Source of the DNA: Macrostomum lignano
Taxonomy: Eukaryota
Assembly: GCA_002269645.1 (NCBI GenBank)
Contig: NIVC01000126.1
Coordinates: forward strand, 496,001-560,000
Direction of reading: 5' to 3'
DNA: 64,000 nt
Part shown: in pieces, positions 42,748-64,000 of the stretch
How positions within the stretch are numbered: position 1 is the stretch's first letter
Layout: every line of letters starts with the position of its first letter
Made by a program: the position numbers and the translations under genes
Notes under the pieces: model-generated
Told to the model about the DNA's origin: nothing
Database searches by the model: none
What the model saw: only the letters and a program-made list of their open reading frames with translations

Positions 42748-45700
42748 CTAGAAGTCGTCGTCACTGTCCACCTGTTGCGCGACTTTGCGACCGGCGCCGC
42801 GGCCGCCGCCGATGCCGCCCATGCCTCTGGACATTCCCGCCGGCGGCCTGGTAGGGTCCTCGTCGAGTCCAAGCCAGACGAATCTTCATCTTCTTCGTCG
42901 TAGTAGGTGGCTTCGCTGCCGGATTCGTCGTCTTCGTCGTCGTCTTCGTCGGACAAATCGGTGCCCATGGAGCCGAAATTGCGCTTGGCGACACCGCCGG
43001 CGCCTGGTTGACCACCGGCGGATCCGCGCACGCCGCCTGTTGGCGCCTTTGGCCGGCTAATCAGCTCGTCTGAGGGAATCGAATTTCCGGGATGGCTTTG
43101 GCGTAGATGGTGCCCAAAGTGTCAGAGATGGCGCCCAATGTGTCAGAGATTCAGGCCTCAAAGTGTCAGAGATGCAGGCCCTTAAGTGTCAGAGATTCAG
43201 GCCTCAAAGTGTCAGAGATGCAGGCCCTTAAAGTGTCAGAGATTCAGGCCTCAAAGTGTCAGAGATTCAGGCCTCAAAGTGTCAGAGATTCAGGCCTCAA
43301 AGTGTCAGAGATGCAGGCCCTTAAAGTGTCAGAGATTCAGGCCTCAAAGTGTCAGAGATGCAGGCCCTTAAAGTGTCAGAGATTCAGGCCTCAAAGTGTC
43401 AGAGATGCAGGCCCTTAAAGTGTCAGAGATTCAGGCCTCAAAGTGTCAGAGATTCAGGCCTCAAAGTGTCAGAGATGCAGGCCCTTAAAGTGTCAGAGAT
43501 TCAGGCCTCAAAGTGTCAGAGATGCAGGCCCTTAAAGTGTCAGAGATTCAGGCCTCAAAGTGTCAGAGATGCAGGCCCTCAAAGTGTCAGAGATGCAGGC
43601 CCTCAAAGTGTCAGAGATGCAGGCCCTTAAAGTGTCAGAGATTCAGGCCTCAAAGTGTCAGAGATGCAGGCCCTCAAAGTGTCAGAGATGCAGGCTCTTA
43701 AAGTGTCAGAGGTTCAGGCCCTCAAAGTGTCAGAGATTCAGGCCCCCAAAGTGTCAGAGATTCAGGCCCCCAAAGTGTCAGAGATTCAGGCCCTCAAAGT
43801 GTCAGAGATTCAGGCCTCAACGTGTCAGAGATTCAGGCCCTCAAAGTGTCAGAGATTCAGGCTCTTAAAGTGTCAGAGATGCAGGCTTCAATGTGTCAGA
43901 GATGGCTCCTAAAGGGCCAGAGATGTCGGCCCAAAATTATAAATTTGGGCTGTCAGACGAGACACTTCAATGTGAGTCAATACGCTCAGCACTCACTAGC
44001 GTTGCTATCCTCGCTCTCGCTTGACTCAGCCCCATCGCTGGCAACATCGTCGGACAGTTGGTCGTCGAGTCCGACCTTCGCTTTGCCGCCAGACCGCGGC
44101 TTCTTGGCCATCTCCTGCCTGGCCGCCGCCTCAGCCGTCCTCTCCAGCTCGGCGGCCGTCTGCTCGCGCTCCGAACGGCAGAATTCTTCGTATTGAGCCT
44201 CCAAAAAGCTGAGATTGCGAAATTTTAACAGATAAATCCGATAGAGTCGGTCGAGTTCCTCTTCGATACGCTCGTATTCGTCCATGTAGGCAGGTCGGAC
44301 AGCCTGCGCGTGTGTTCAAATGGTTTTTTAAATCTTATTTTTCGTTTTTTTATAGATACGTCGCTTTTGACCTACTAATAGTAGTGTATCATATTAAATC
44401 TAATTTAAATGCTGTTCTTCTGATGCTAAACACTGCTGATGCTCCTGCTGTTTTCTATAGTTTAGCGCCACTAATGTCTATAGTTTGGCGCTACTGATGT
44501 CTATGTTTGGCGCCACTGATGCCTATAGTTTGGCGCCACTGATGACTATAGTTTGACGCCACTGATGCATATAGTTTGGCGCCACTGATGCATATAGTTT
44601 GGCGCCACTGATGACTTTAGTTTGACGCCACTGATGCCTATAGTTTGACGCCACTGATGCATATAGTTTGACGCCACTGATGACTATAGTTTGACGCCAC
44701 TGATGCATATAGTTTGGCGCCACTGATGCATATAGTTTGGCGCCACTGATGACTATAGTTTGACGCCACTGATGCATATAGTTTGGCGCCACTGATGACT
44801 ATAGTTTGACGCCACTGATGCCTATAGTTTGACGCCACTGATGCATATAGTTTGACGCCACTGATGCATATAGTTTGACGCCACTGATGCCTATAGTTTG
44901 ACGCCACTGATGCATATAGTTTGACGCCACTGATGACTATAGTTTGACGCCACTGATGCATATAGTTTGGCGCCACTGATGCATATAGTTTGGCGCCACT
45001 GATGCATATAGTTTGGCGCCACTGATGCATATAGTTTGGCGCCACTGATGACTATAGTTTGACGCCACTGATGCCTATAGTTTGACGCCACTGATGCATA
45101 TAGTTTGGCGCCACTGATGACTATAGTTTGACGCCACTGATGCATATAGTTTGGCGCCACTGATGACTATAGTTTGACGCCACTGATGCCTATAGTTTGA
45201 CGCCACTGATGCATATAGTTTGACGCCACTGATGCCTATAGTTTGACGCCACTGATGCATATAGTTTGACGCCACTGATGACTATAGTTTGACGCCACTG
45301 ATGACTATAGTTTGACGCCACTGATGCATATAGTTTGGCGCCACTGATGACTATAGTTTGACGCCACTGATGCCTATAGTTTGACGCCACTGATGCATAT
45401 AGTTTGACGCCACTGATTACTATAGTTTGACGCCACTGATGCCTATAGTTTGACGCCACTGATGCCTATAGTTTGACGCCACTGATGCCTATAGTTTGAT
45501 GCCACTGATGACTATAGTTTGACGCCACTGATGCCTATAGTTTGACGCCACTGATGACTATAGTTTGACGCCACTGATGCCTATAGTTTGGCGCAACAAC
45601 CTCCACAAATTATTCTAATGATCACCTGCAACGTGCTCAGTCGTTTCTGATTTCGTTCCAGCTCGCTTTTCTTCTTATCAATTTTAGCTTGCAAATTCGC

Positions 45701-46628
45701 CTCGTCGCTTGCAATGTTCTCCAAAGCTGATTGAGTCTTCTTTAATTCGGCCTCGATAGTTTTGATATTGCCGCGGATGCCCTTCTCAACTTGAGTTGTC
45801 TCCAACTGGCGGGCTAGCGCCAGAGAACGTAAATCTCTTAGGTCAGGCTCCCGGTTTAGCAGGTCGTACAGGGCGGCGCCGCGGGAGGTGATTTCTGACG
45901 CGAGTCGTCGGCATTCTTTGATCTCGTGTGGCTAAAAAGGGATATGTAAAGAAATAAATTGAATATAATAAACAAAGAAGTAAAATCTCAGTTTAAAAAA
46001 GATCCCTTACATTTTATACTTTAAAAAAAATTCTACTTCACAAATAAAACAGTAAAGAAAAAATAAATTTGCTTTTGTACGAGTAAAATTCTAAAAAAAT
46101 CTAAAATTTTAATAAAGTAAGCATTCAAAATAGATCAACACAATTAACACTAGCCCAAAGAAGCAACTGCCCTAAGTACTTAACTTAAATGAACAAAATA
46201 AAGTAAAAAGTAAAAACTTTTTAATTAAAGTTGCTTACCTTGGCTGCTCCAAGACTCAAAGAGCTTTCATTTTGACTTGTTGCTGAACCAGAATTAATGT
46301 TTTTCATTGCCTGATACAACTGGGATGTCATTTTTAGGAGCTCTTTTACTGCATGACCATCGGCTTGATAAAGCTTCTTCGTGTTTAGCTTGATATGAGC
46401 TTTAAGTGCCATACTCTGAGCAACCATTTTAATAAAAATCACTCGATCTTGTTCGCTGTCGATCTCTTTTGGTATATCCATGCCTGGGTCGAAGCGTTTT
46501 GCCAACCAAACGAGGATTTCAGCAACAAGTCGAAAGTTAGGGGAACGAAAGTTTTCCATGCTGATGAGTCTAGGGTACCCTAGAGCTCTCATCATTTCTG
46601 TAAAGCTTCTTATGTCTCTGAATGACAT
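42748..46628 (-). CDS. CLUAP1: clusterin-associated protein 1 / IFT38 (4 exons; apparent 1-nt frameshift in last exon)
   Basis: Exons 46628-46239, 45931-45626, 44303-43997, 43069-42748. Conserved [53 protein letters not shown]; acidic tail ending VDSDDDF* after a frame change near 42870-42886. Confidence 0.95.
43110..43900. repeat. 23/24-bp minisatellite, CLUAP1 intron 3
   Basis: Units AAAGTGTCAGAGATTCAGGCCTC and AAAGTGTCAGAGATGCAGGCCCTT. Confidence 0.95.
44465..45595. repeat. 23-bp minisatellite, CLUAP1 intron 2 (~48 copies)
   Basis: Unit GCCACTGATGCATATAGTTTGAC with variants. Confidence 0.96.
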
Positions 46629-47039
46629 AACTACTTCGTGTTTCGTACAGTATTCGCGATTGATAGACCCCAACAGAATGCAATGCGCATTCGATTAAAG
46701 AACTAAAAAATACAATGTTAAATGTATGTTTGAGTCTGTAGACATTCCATTGATGTTAAAGACAAAGAAATATGTTTATAATACATTTTCTTTTTCACCT
46801 TCATTTAGCATATTTTACTGAACTATTATTAACTTTCAAAATACTTTTCATCGCTAGCAAGCTTTTTTTGTTATAATCGATAAAGAAAACGGTGCAATTT
46901 TTCAAAATTAGAAGAGAGGCAGGTTCGGACTGCGCGCACGTGCGCAATTGCTTGAAGCTTTCTGTGAGTTTTTATAGGGCTAAAAATTGTATATTTGTTT
47001 TTATCTCCTCTAACGCAAAACCGACTGTGGTAATCAGTA
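46629..47039. promoter_or_regulatory. putative bidirectional promoter between CLUAP1 and BAG1
   Basis: Divergent ATGs 411 bp apart; central 12-bp palindrome GCGCACGTGCGC (46934-46945) with an E-box core, NRF1-like. Confidence 0.55.
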
Positions 47040-50000
47040 ATGAAGCTTACTATTCTTTATTGTAAGTTAGACCAGTAGCCCTACGCCGCCTACTGCGCCA
47101 AACTTATTATTTTTTTTAGTAGCCAACTGCTTTTTCTGGCATACTCAACTTACGGCCGAAACACAGCGGGTATAATACAATGGCGCAGCCATGAATTTTT
47201 AGATGGGGACCGCCTTCGGCGTGAGGGTTACTTTGAAATTAATGTACTGAGTGTATAAAATTATGTGATATAGGCCCCCTATGACAAGCCTTCCAATCCT
47301 TTATTCTACACCTAAGACCTAACACCTTTACACCATGCCCATTGGCTGTACCACCAAGTCTGGCTGAGAATGAATATGCGTAATTTAAACAGTCTCTATG
47401 CAACACGCCAACAGTTAAAGGATATAGTCCTATTTAATGCAGTGAAGGTTTATTTAAGACTAGCCATATGTACAGGTATATGTGATAGGCTTAGGCCCTA
47501 TATAGTTTTCTTTCTATGTCTTATTTATTCTCTTTTCTTTACTTTTCAGTAAGTAAGAAAACTGCCATTGAATGCACTGAGGATTCATATGAACTTCTAG
47601 CTACAAAAGTTGCGCAAGAAATTGGTGTTCCTATAGCATATCAAAAGTTAATTTATAAAGGTAAACTAGTTTGATACTGTTATGTTTATATGTTTTTTTT
47701 TAATTTATAGGCCTGTTTTTGTTTATCTTGTTTAAATTTAGAATACTATTTATGAATATATGAATTAATTAACCTTGTACTAATCATTTTGTAAATTAAT
47801 AAAATTTCATTCAAAACTTATTTACTTTTGTAGGAAAGTCTTTACACCCAGGTAGCCTAACTGAACAAGGGTTGAAGAATAATGAAAAAGTCATGCTGAT
47901 TGGCAGCAAGGTAAGAGAATTTTTAACATGATATGAGCTATTGGATTAATTGTTAATAATTGTTAAATAATAAGCCTAGTGTTTTAAATGAGCTAGCTTT
48001 TTGGTCTATAAATGCCAAACCAAAAGTAGACCAAACCAAAAAATATATTTCGAATAAAGTTATGAAATATAAGCCTTAATACCAGAATGAAAAAAGATCT
48101 CATTATTCTCAAAGGGTCAAAGAACTTCATTAGTTGTCACCATGTAATAAGGGCAATTTCTATGTGATCATCAATACCAATCACTAAGCTTATATACTTT
48201 TAGATTGTTTTGTATCTTAGTTGTGTGATTTGATTGTCAATGTGGTGGCAATCAGTGGTGCAACACGAGGGGGGGCAGTGGGGCAGTCCCATACATGCAC
48301 AACATTTGGCCAATCTGGCTAGCTGGCGAGGCTCCCAATCCCAACCAAGGTAAGTTGCAAGAATGCCAACCAAAAATAGACGTATTACTAATTAGATGAC
48401 GAGGTATTTAGCCTTAATAAAACAGTTATAGTTACTCCTGCCGTTTACCCAAAGTTGCGTTTATCTTTACTTTAGGGTTTCTTTCATAGGTAAGTCGCCT
48501 TTTTGGTCAAAAAGTAAGTCGCATGGCCAGTGTAAATCAGGGGGGTTGCGCATGTATCGGCAGTCACCCCCCTCTCAAGTGGAAACTAAGGAATACAATC
48601 CTGGAATCCCGGGATTAGACCCAAATCCCAGGATTCTTAATCCCGGAATTTTGATTAGGACTGTTTTCCGGGATTCAAAAATCCCATCCCAGGATTGACC
48701 ATCGGGATCCGGATCCCGTTTTGCAATAACCCAATCATTCATTCTTGAGTATCAGTAGCTGAGATACTTGTCAGGTGAAAATCATAACCCAGTTGTCCTA
48801 TTTTGATTTCTTAATCTTTTAAACATGCAAGCTTGTGAGTAGAATGCTATAGGGCTGCAGGGATACAAAACAGAAGCTGTTAGCAGGTGGTAAGGGCGTT
48901 AAAGGTAATAATATAGAGCTACTTTAAGCAGTCCCTACCTTCAAAACTCCCTAGCTGTAGTTAGGATTAGAACAGTGGGACCTTGCTATCAGACCATGAC
49001 CAAAGCTAACAGTTCTCCATCTATGGCGGGTGTCCCTGGGACTGGGAGGGTGATGTCTGATCCCCTTCTACCCTGGTATCAGTACCTCGGGCCATAGCTC
49101 TGTAAGCCATCATTCCCCAGGTTACATCACAATCAACTGTGATTTTCCTGAGCTGATACTGGCATGTAAAAAAGCATGTCTATCATGCCAGCCAGTACAT
49201 CACACTCCAATTCAGAGCTCACTGTCAGTTTCTTGTTTGCAAAATATTGTCATTAAAAGCCCTTTTCAAAAATCAGATTAGATTAGAAACTTTTGTCCCA
49301 ATTTGTTAGGGTCCCAGGATTGGCAAAACTCGGGATTTTGTATTCCCTAGTGGAGACCAGAAAAAAATCAAAGGGGGGACCAATAGATAGAATTTTTGCC
49401 AAAATACAGAGCCATCCCCTCCACCCCCGGGCCCCTTGGGTCTCCAGAATCTGCCCCCCCCTCAACAAATTTCTGGCTGTGCTACTGGTGGCAATGTAAG
49501 CAATCTTAAAAGCCAGTAAAGCTCAGAATGCATGTTAAAGATAACTCAATTCAATGTACAGACTGTTGGTTCACACCCAACCCATAGTAAAATTAATTTG
49601 AGCTACTAATATAGTAAAGCTAACATTTAAGGGGTTTAATATGCGCTTCGTCTAAATGCATTATCTGGTTCTACGACATAAAAAGGACATGGTGTCGTTT
49701 AATTCGTGTCAAATATTATTATGCAATTGGCTTTTGTGTAGGCCTAGGCCAGGCTAGGCTTATCTTTGACCTCGGGGTGGTTGTTGCTCTTATCTAATGC
49801 ACAATTTACAATAGATACCAGGGCGAGAAAAGTGGGGTCTTCGGTGAAATTACTCGACATTAGAAGACAAGATGTACTCGTACATTCAGTTTCAGTTGTG
49901 CACTACCCTTTCGGCTAATCACGTGATCACTGTGTGATAAAAGTTATACAATCCTGTTTCGTTTAATATAATCCAAGAAGAGAGAACTGAGTCTCAATAA

Positions 50001-50536
50001 AATTACTCTTCGTTAGATAACAAGATGTACATTCAATTTCAATTGTACACTGCCCGCTCGGCTAATCACGTAATTACAGATAAAACCCGATAAATGTTAT
50101 ACAAGCCGCCTTATTTTAATTTGAATCTTTGATTAAACTGCAGGCAATGGACCAGTCCGAGGCTGACGCTCTATCCAGCATCGAGTCAATTGAAAAGTCA
50201 ATCGCCGACTTAGAAATTCGTCTAGAAATTATCAGAGAAGAATTCTCCGACTATTCTCAGGGCTTTGTGCCAACAGACTTGCGTCACGTGTTTCTGCGCG
50301 CGCTGACTAAACGAGCGGCGTCGATCACTAGCGACGCCGAGTCTTGCCGGAGCAGCCTCGTAGCTTTGCTAGGCCGGTCTACTAGCGAGTTCGCCAATCG
50401 AATCAGAGAGCGGCGTCGGAATTCATTGAAATTATTAGACAGTTTACAGGCCAAAGCCGAGTCGCTGCTGGCCGACCTGCTTGACGATGATGAGCAGGCC
50501 ACCAATAGCGAAGCCGAAGACTGCACTCTGGACTGA
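47040..50536 (+). CDS. BAG1: BAG family molecular chaperone regulator 1 (ubiquitin-like + BAG domain)
   Basis: Exons 47040-47061, 47550-47660, 47834-47910, 50144-50536, in phase. UBL motif GVPIAYQKLIYKGKSL...GLKNNEKVMLIG; BAG helices with QGFVPTDL and RERRRNSLK. Exon 1 is the least certain. Confidence 0.85.
48253..49487. mobile_element. hAT-like non-autonomous element with nested insertions, BAG1 intron 3
   Basis: Imperfect TIRs CAGTGGTGCA / TGTGCTACTG; exact 8-bp TSD GTGGCAAT at 48245-48252 and 49488-49495. Confidence 0.75.
48290..48558. mobile_element. 269-bp MITE of the same family as 8767-11041 (opposite orientation)
   Basis: Ends CATACATGCACAAC / GTTGCGCATGTATC; TSD GGCAGTC(C/A); its right ~130 bp, reverse-complemented, matches 8767-8890 (GCGACTTACCTATGAAAGA, GGTAAACGGCAGGAGTAACTATAAC). 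Confidence 0.85.
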
Positions 50537-51039
50537 CTTGTTTGGCTATTTAAATGCCTTGATTGAAATACGCAACCGCCGAGTTCATTCTCTGCACACT
50601 ATTGATTGATCTTGCTAGATAGACCTTCCAGGTTAGCCATTCTTATTTAAAGCGCTTAATTTCAGCCTTGTCTTCGTGTAACTAACTAAGCGACTTACTT
50701 AACCAAATTACATGATTACAAGTCAAGCCACTGTATCAACACATTACCCACTTGCCCAGAGATTTAATCAACAGCATTGAGTCATTCATACCTTACGTTA
50801 CCTGTCTTTCATTTGTTTAATTATTGAGTTCCTTGTTGCTCATTTTAGTGCTTTCTTGTCAAATTATTTTTTTTTATTTATCTTGATGCGAGCTCCTAAT
50901 AATTATATAAAGATGCATTGCAAATGCGCTGTATACTTTTCTATAAGTAATTTTCAGGATTAAAATTTACCAAGTATTTTAGTTATGTGTATTGCTACAT
51001 TCCTGTACTTTGATGTACGGCAAAACTAGTCGTTGTATT

Positions 51040-52180
51040 CCTTTGATCTACCGCCAATTCCTCTCAATCCTTTGATCTACCGCCAATCTCTCTCAATCCT
51101 TTGATTTACCGCCAATCATTCTCAATCCTTTGATCTACCGCCAATTACTCTCAATCCTTTGATCTACCGCCAATTACTCTCAATCCTTTGATCTACCGCC
51201 AATTCCTCTCAATCCTTTGATCTACCGCCAATCTCTCTCAATCCTTTGATCTACCGCCAATCTCTCTCAATCCTTTGATCTACCGCCAATCATTCTCAAT
51301 CCTTTGATCTACCGCCAATCCCTCTCAATCCTTTGATCTACCGCCAATTACTCTCAATCCTTTGATCTACCGCCAATTACTCTCAATCCTTTGATCTACC
51401 GCCAATTCCTCTCAATCCTTTGATCTACCGCCAATCTCTCTCAATCCTTTGATCTACCGCCAATTACTCTCAATCCTTTGATCTACCGCCAATTCCTCTC
51501 AATCCTTTGATCTACCGCCAATCTCTCTCAAACCTTTGATCTACCGCCAATCATTCTCAATCCTTTGATCTACCGCCAATCCCTCTCAATCCTTTGATCT
51601 ACCGCCAATTACTCTCAATCCTTTGATCTACCGCCAATCCCTCTCAATCCTTTGATCTACCGCCAATTACTCTCAATCCTTTGATCTACCGCCAATTCCT
51701 CTCAATCCTTTGATCTACCGCCAATCTCTCTCAATCCTTTGATCTACCGCCAATTACTCTCAATCCTTTGATCTACCGCCAATCCCTCTCAATCCTTTGA
51801 TCTACCGCCAATCCCTCTCAATCCTTTGATCTACCGCCAATTACTCTCAATCCTTTGATCTACCGCCAATCCCTCTCAATCCTTTGATCTACCGCCAATT
51901 ACTCTCAATCCTTTGATCTACCGCCAATTACTCTCAATCCTTTGATCTACCGCCAATCTCTCTCAAACCTCTGATCTACCGCCAATCATTCTCAATCCTT
52001 TGATCTACCGCCAATTACTCTCAATCCTTTGATCTACCGCCAATTACTCTCAATCCTTTGATCTACCGCCAATCCCTCTCAATCCTTTGATCTACCGCCA
52101 ATTACTCTCAATCCTTTGATCTACCGCCAATCACTCTCAAACCTTTGAGCTACCGCTAATCATTCTTAAAACCTTTGATC
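51040..52180. repeat. 29-bp minisatellite between BAG1 and cathepsin L (~39 copies)
   Basis: Unit TCTCAATCCTTTGATCTACCGCCAATTAC. Confidence 0.97.
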
Positions 52181-52290
52181 TACCCCCAGATTAGCCAGCT
52201 AATTTATAACAAACTTTCTCCAATGTCACAAGACTGCAATAATTTCGTTTTAATTTCTAGCTGTCAATAAAAAACTGCCTGCTAAAAGAG

Positions 52291-61889
<9,599 letters not shown>

Positions 61890-62029
61890 CTTGCGGCTAG
61901 TTGAAATTTTCAGTTCTTTATTCTACTTTATTACCGTATATTGTTTGGTTCCTTATTGGTTTCAAGATTCATTACGCATAATTCTAATTAGCATGTCATA
62001 TTTCAGTATGTCATCAGTATGTCACGTTA

Positions 62030-62480
62030 ATCAAAATTAGCATGTCATATTTCTCAATATTAGCAGCTCATGTTTATCAAAATTAGCATGTCATATTTCT
62101 CAATATTAGCAGCTCATGTTTATCAAAATTAGCATGTCATATTTCTCAATATTAGCAGCTCATGTTTATCAAAATTAGCATGTCATATTTCTCAATATTA
62201 GCAGCTCATGTTTATCAAAATTAGCATGTCATATTTCTCAAAATTAGCATGTCATATTTCTCAATATTACCAGGTAATGTTTATCAAAATTAGCATGTCA
62301 TATTTCTCAATATTAGCAGCTCATGTTTATCAAAATTAGCATGTCATATTTCTCAATATTAGCAGCTCATGTTTATCAAAATTAGCATGTCATATTTCTC
62401 AAAATTTGCATGTCATATTTCTCAATATTACCAGGTAATGTTTATCAAAATTAGCATGTCATATTTCTCAAAATTAGCAT
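62030..62480. repeat. 46-bp tandem repeat downstream of cathepsin L
   Basis: Unit AAAATTAGCATGTCATATTTCTCAATATTAGCAGCTCATGTTTATC. Confidence 0.93.
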
Positions 62481-64000
62481 TTCATATGTCAGCAACCGGC
62501 AAGCTTGGGCACAGCAGGCAGTATTTACATTGTGCTACCTCGATCATTTTTCCAACCAACCAATTGAATCAATAGAAGCGCAGAAGCCAGTGTCAGCTGC
62601 TGTCCTCCTATTAATTTTCAATATTCAAACAAAAACGCATTGTGTGTTTTTCTCTTTCTTTCTCTCTGCTTTTTAGGTAAGACTTTGAAAACATACGAGA
62701 CTTTTTTCTTTAAAGCTAGAGTCGGAAAATTACCAAGTCGTATATTGAAAGAAAGCAAGTCTTCGAAATTCGTCAATCTTCAATGCGCGTGTATACAGCT
62801 TAGTAGCAGTGGAGGCTCTAGAAATAGAGGCTTTAAAAGTCCGAAATTTTGTTTCCGTGACCAGGAAACTTAAGTTAAGTCACTGGGTAACTTTAATTTA
62901 ACTGCTAAATAACTCTAATTCGAGGCTTCTAATTACTGCATCAAGTTGTTGGAACAATATTATACTGTTGCTACAGAGCGGCAGTCAAACCAGTCTCGGG
63001 GCTGGAGGCGTTAGGTTTGAGCGCTTTCAATTATAATCTTTCCTATGAATCTCGTATGTTGTTATGCAGCCCACATAATTTTTTCTTAGAAATGAGCTGC
63101 AGAGGCCCGTAAGTAACGTATATTTATCGTATTGCTGGCGCATTTAGTTTACTCTGCTGCATATGTTAGTAGTAATCTATGCAACAGAAATCCCAATTTA
63201 CGTGTTGCAATTCTATGCAACACTCCTCCTTTGGAGAACGCATAGCGCTAAATGGGTTTTTGCCCGACAAGGCGACAAATAATTCGGTTCGAGAAAAATC
63301 TGATCTCTCGAGAGAATACTAAACCAGTTTTATAGATTTTACAAGTTACAAGCTACGGGCTGAATGGCTACAGGTTATCAAGCTACAAGGAGGATGGTTT
63401 CACAAAACTGCTTGAAAATTTCAACCAAAAACTTCACAAGTTGCTATTATTTTGAATCGTCTATGGCTAAAAGGTCTACGTCTCTGAGGACAAGTTGACT
63501 TGGACACCCCCATGGATGAATAAAAACATGGATTGCTCGTCTGCCTTAGATTCAGGGGTGTAATTTTGCCTCGCGAAGCCCCCGTTCGCACCGATTGGCT
63601 ACTTAAGATTTCTTAGTTGTCTATGGTAAAAACGTAAGTTTTATTCATCCATGGACACTCCATGCAGAGCGTCGGCTATACATGACGCCCCTTGCCCTTG
63701 TAGCCAAATGAAAAGTTTGCGCCTGTAGAAAAGTTTGCCCCTGTAGCCGAATGAAGAAGCTCGAATACTATCAGACGTACAATTCTTGTACATATTTTCC
63801 TCTTGTAATCGATCGAAACCTTGACATATGATTTTGCTGTTAGTTGACACTTCCCAGAGGAAATTGACCCTCGGTCTTAAGCACAATAATATAGTTGAAG
63901 TCAATAAGAACTGGAGTTTGGTTAGTGACATTATAATAACGTGGGCTTTAATAAGAAATTTACCAGCATGAGCAAAAGAAAACAACTTTTCTACTTGTTA

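Noticed and set aside
43107-45459. Repetitive ORFs within CLUAP1 introns
   Set aside because: Translations of the 23/24-bp minisatellites.
63641-63985. 114-aa minus-strand ORF near the window end
   Set aside because: No recognisable domain or splice partners within the window.

Overview
Eukaryotic (metazoan) genomic DNA with spliceosomal GT-AG introns. Its style (AT-rich, introns packed with minisatellites) suggests a flatworm such as Macrostomum, but that is inference only. I assembled eight multi-exon genes by hand, with exon phases consistent except for one CLUAP1 frameshift: PKA regulatory subunit I (+), a THAP-domain protein (+), an unknown 291-aa protein (-), PAPS transporter SLC35B2 (-), an unknown EF-hand-like protein (+, 3' end unresolved), CLUAP1/IFT38 (-), BAG1 (+, head-to-head with CLUAP1) and cathepsin L (+). 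About a quarter of the window is tandem repeat, and most long introns carry their own distinct minisatellite. Mobile elements include a defective mariner, a 2.3-kb hAT-like element plus a 269-bp MITE of the same family, nested hAT-like MITEs, a LINE 3' fragment inside a foldback element, and tRNA-derived SINEs. The most unusual structure is a 5.3-kb element with CCC termini and a 2-bp TSD (CACTA/EnSpm-like) in a cathepsin L intron. It carries 120-, 58- and 42-bp arrays, a triplicated ~470-bp module and a spliced CxxC/coiled-coil ORF, but no transposase. No prokaryotic features, CRISPR arrays or rRNA were seen.
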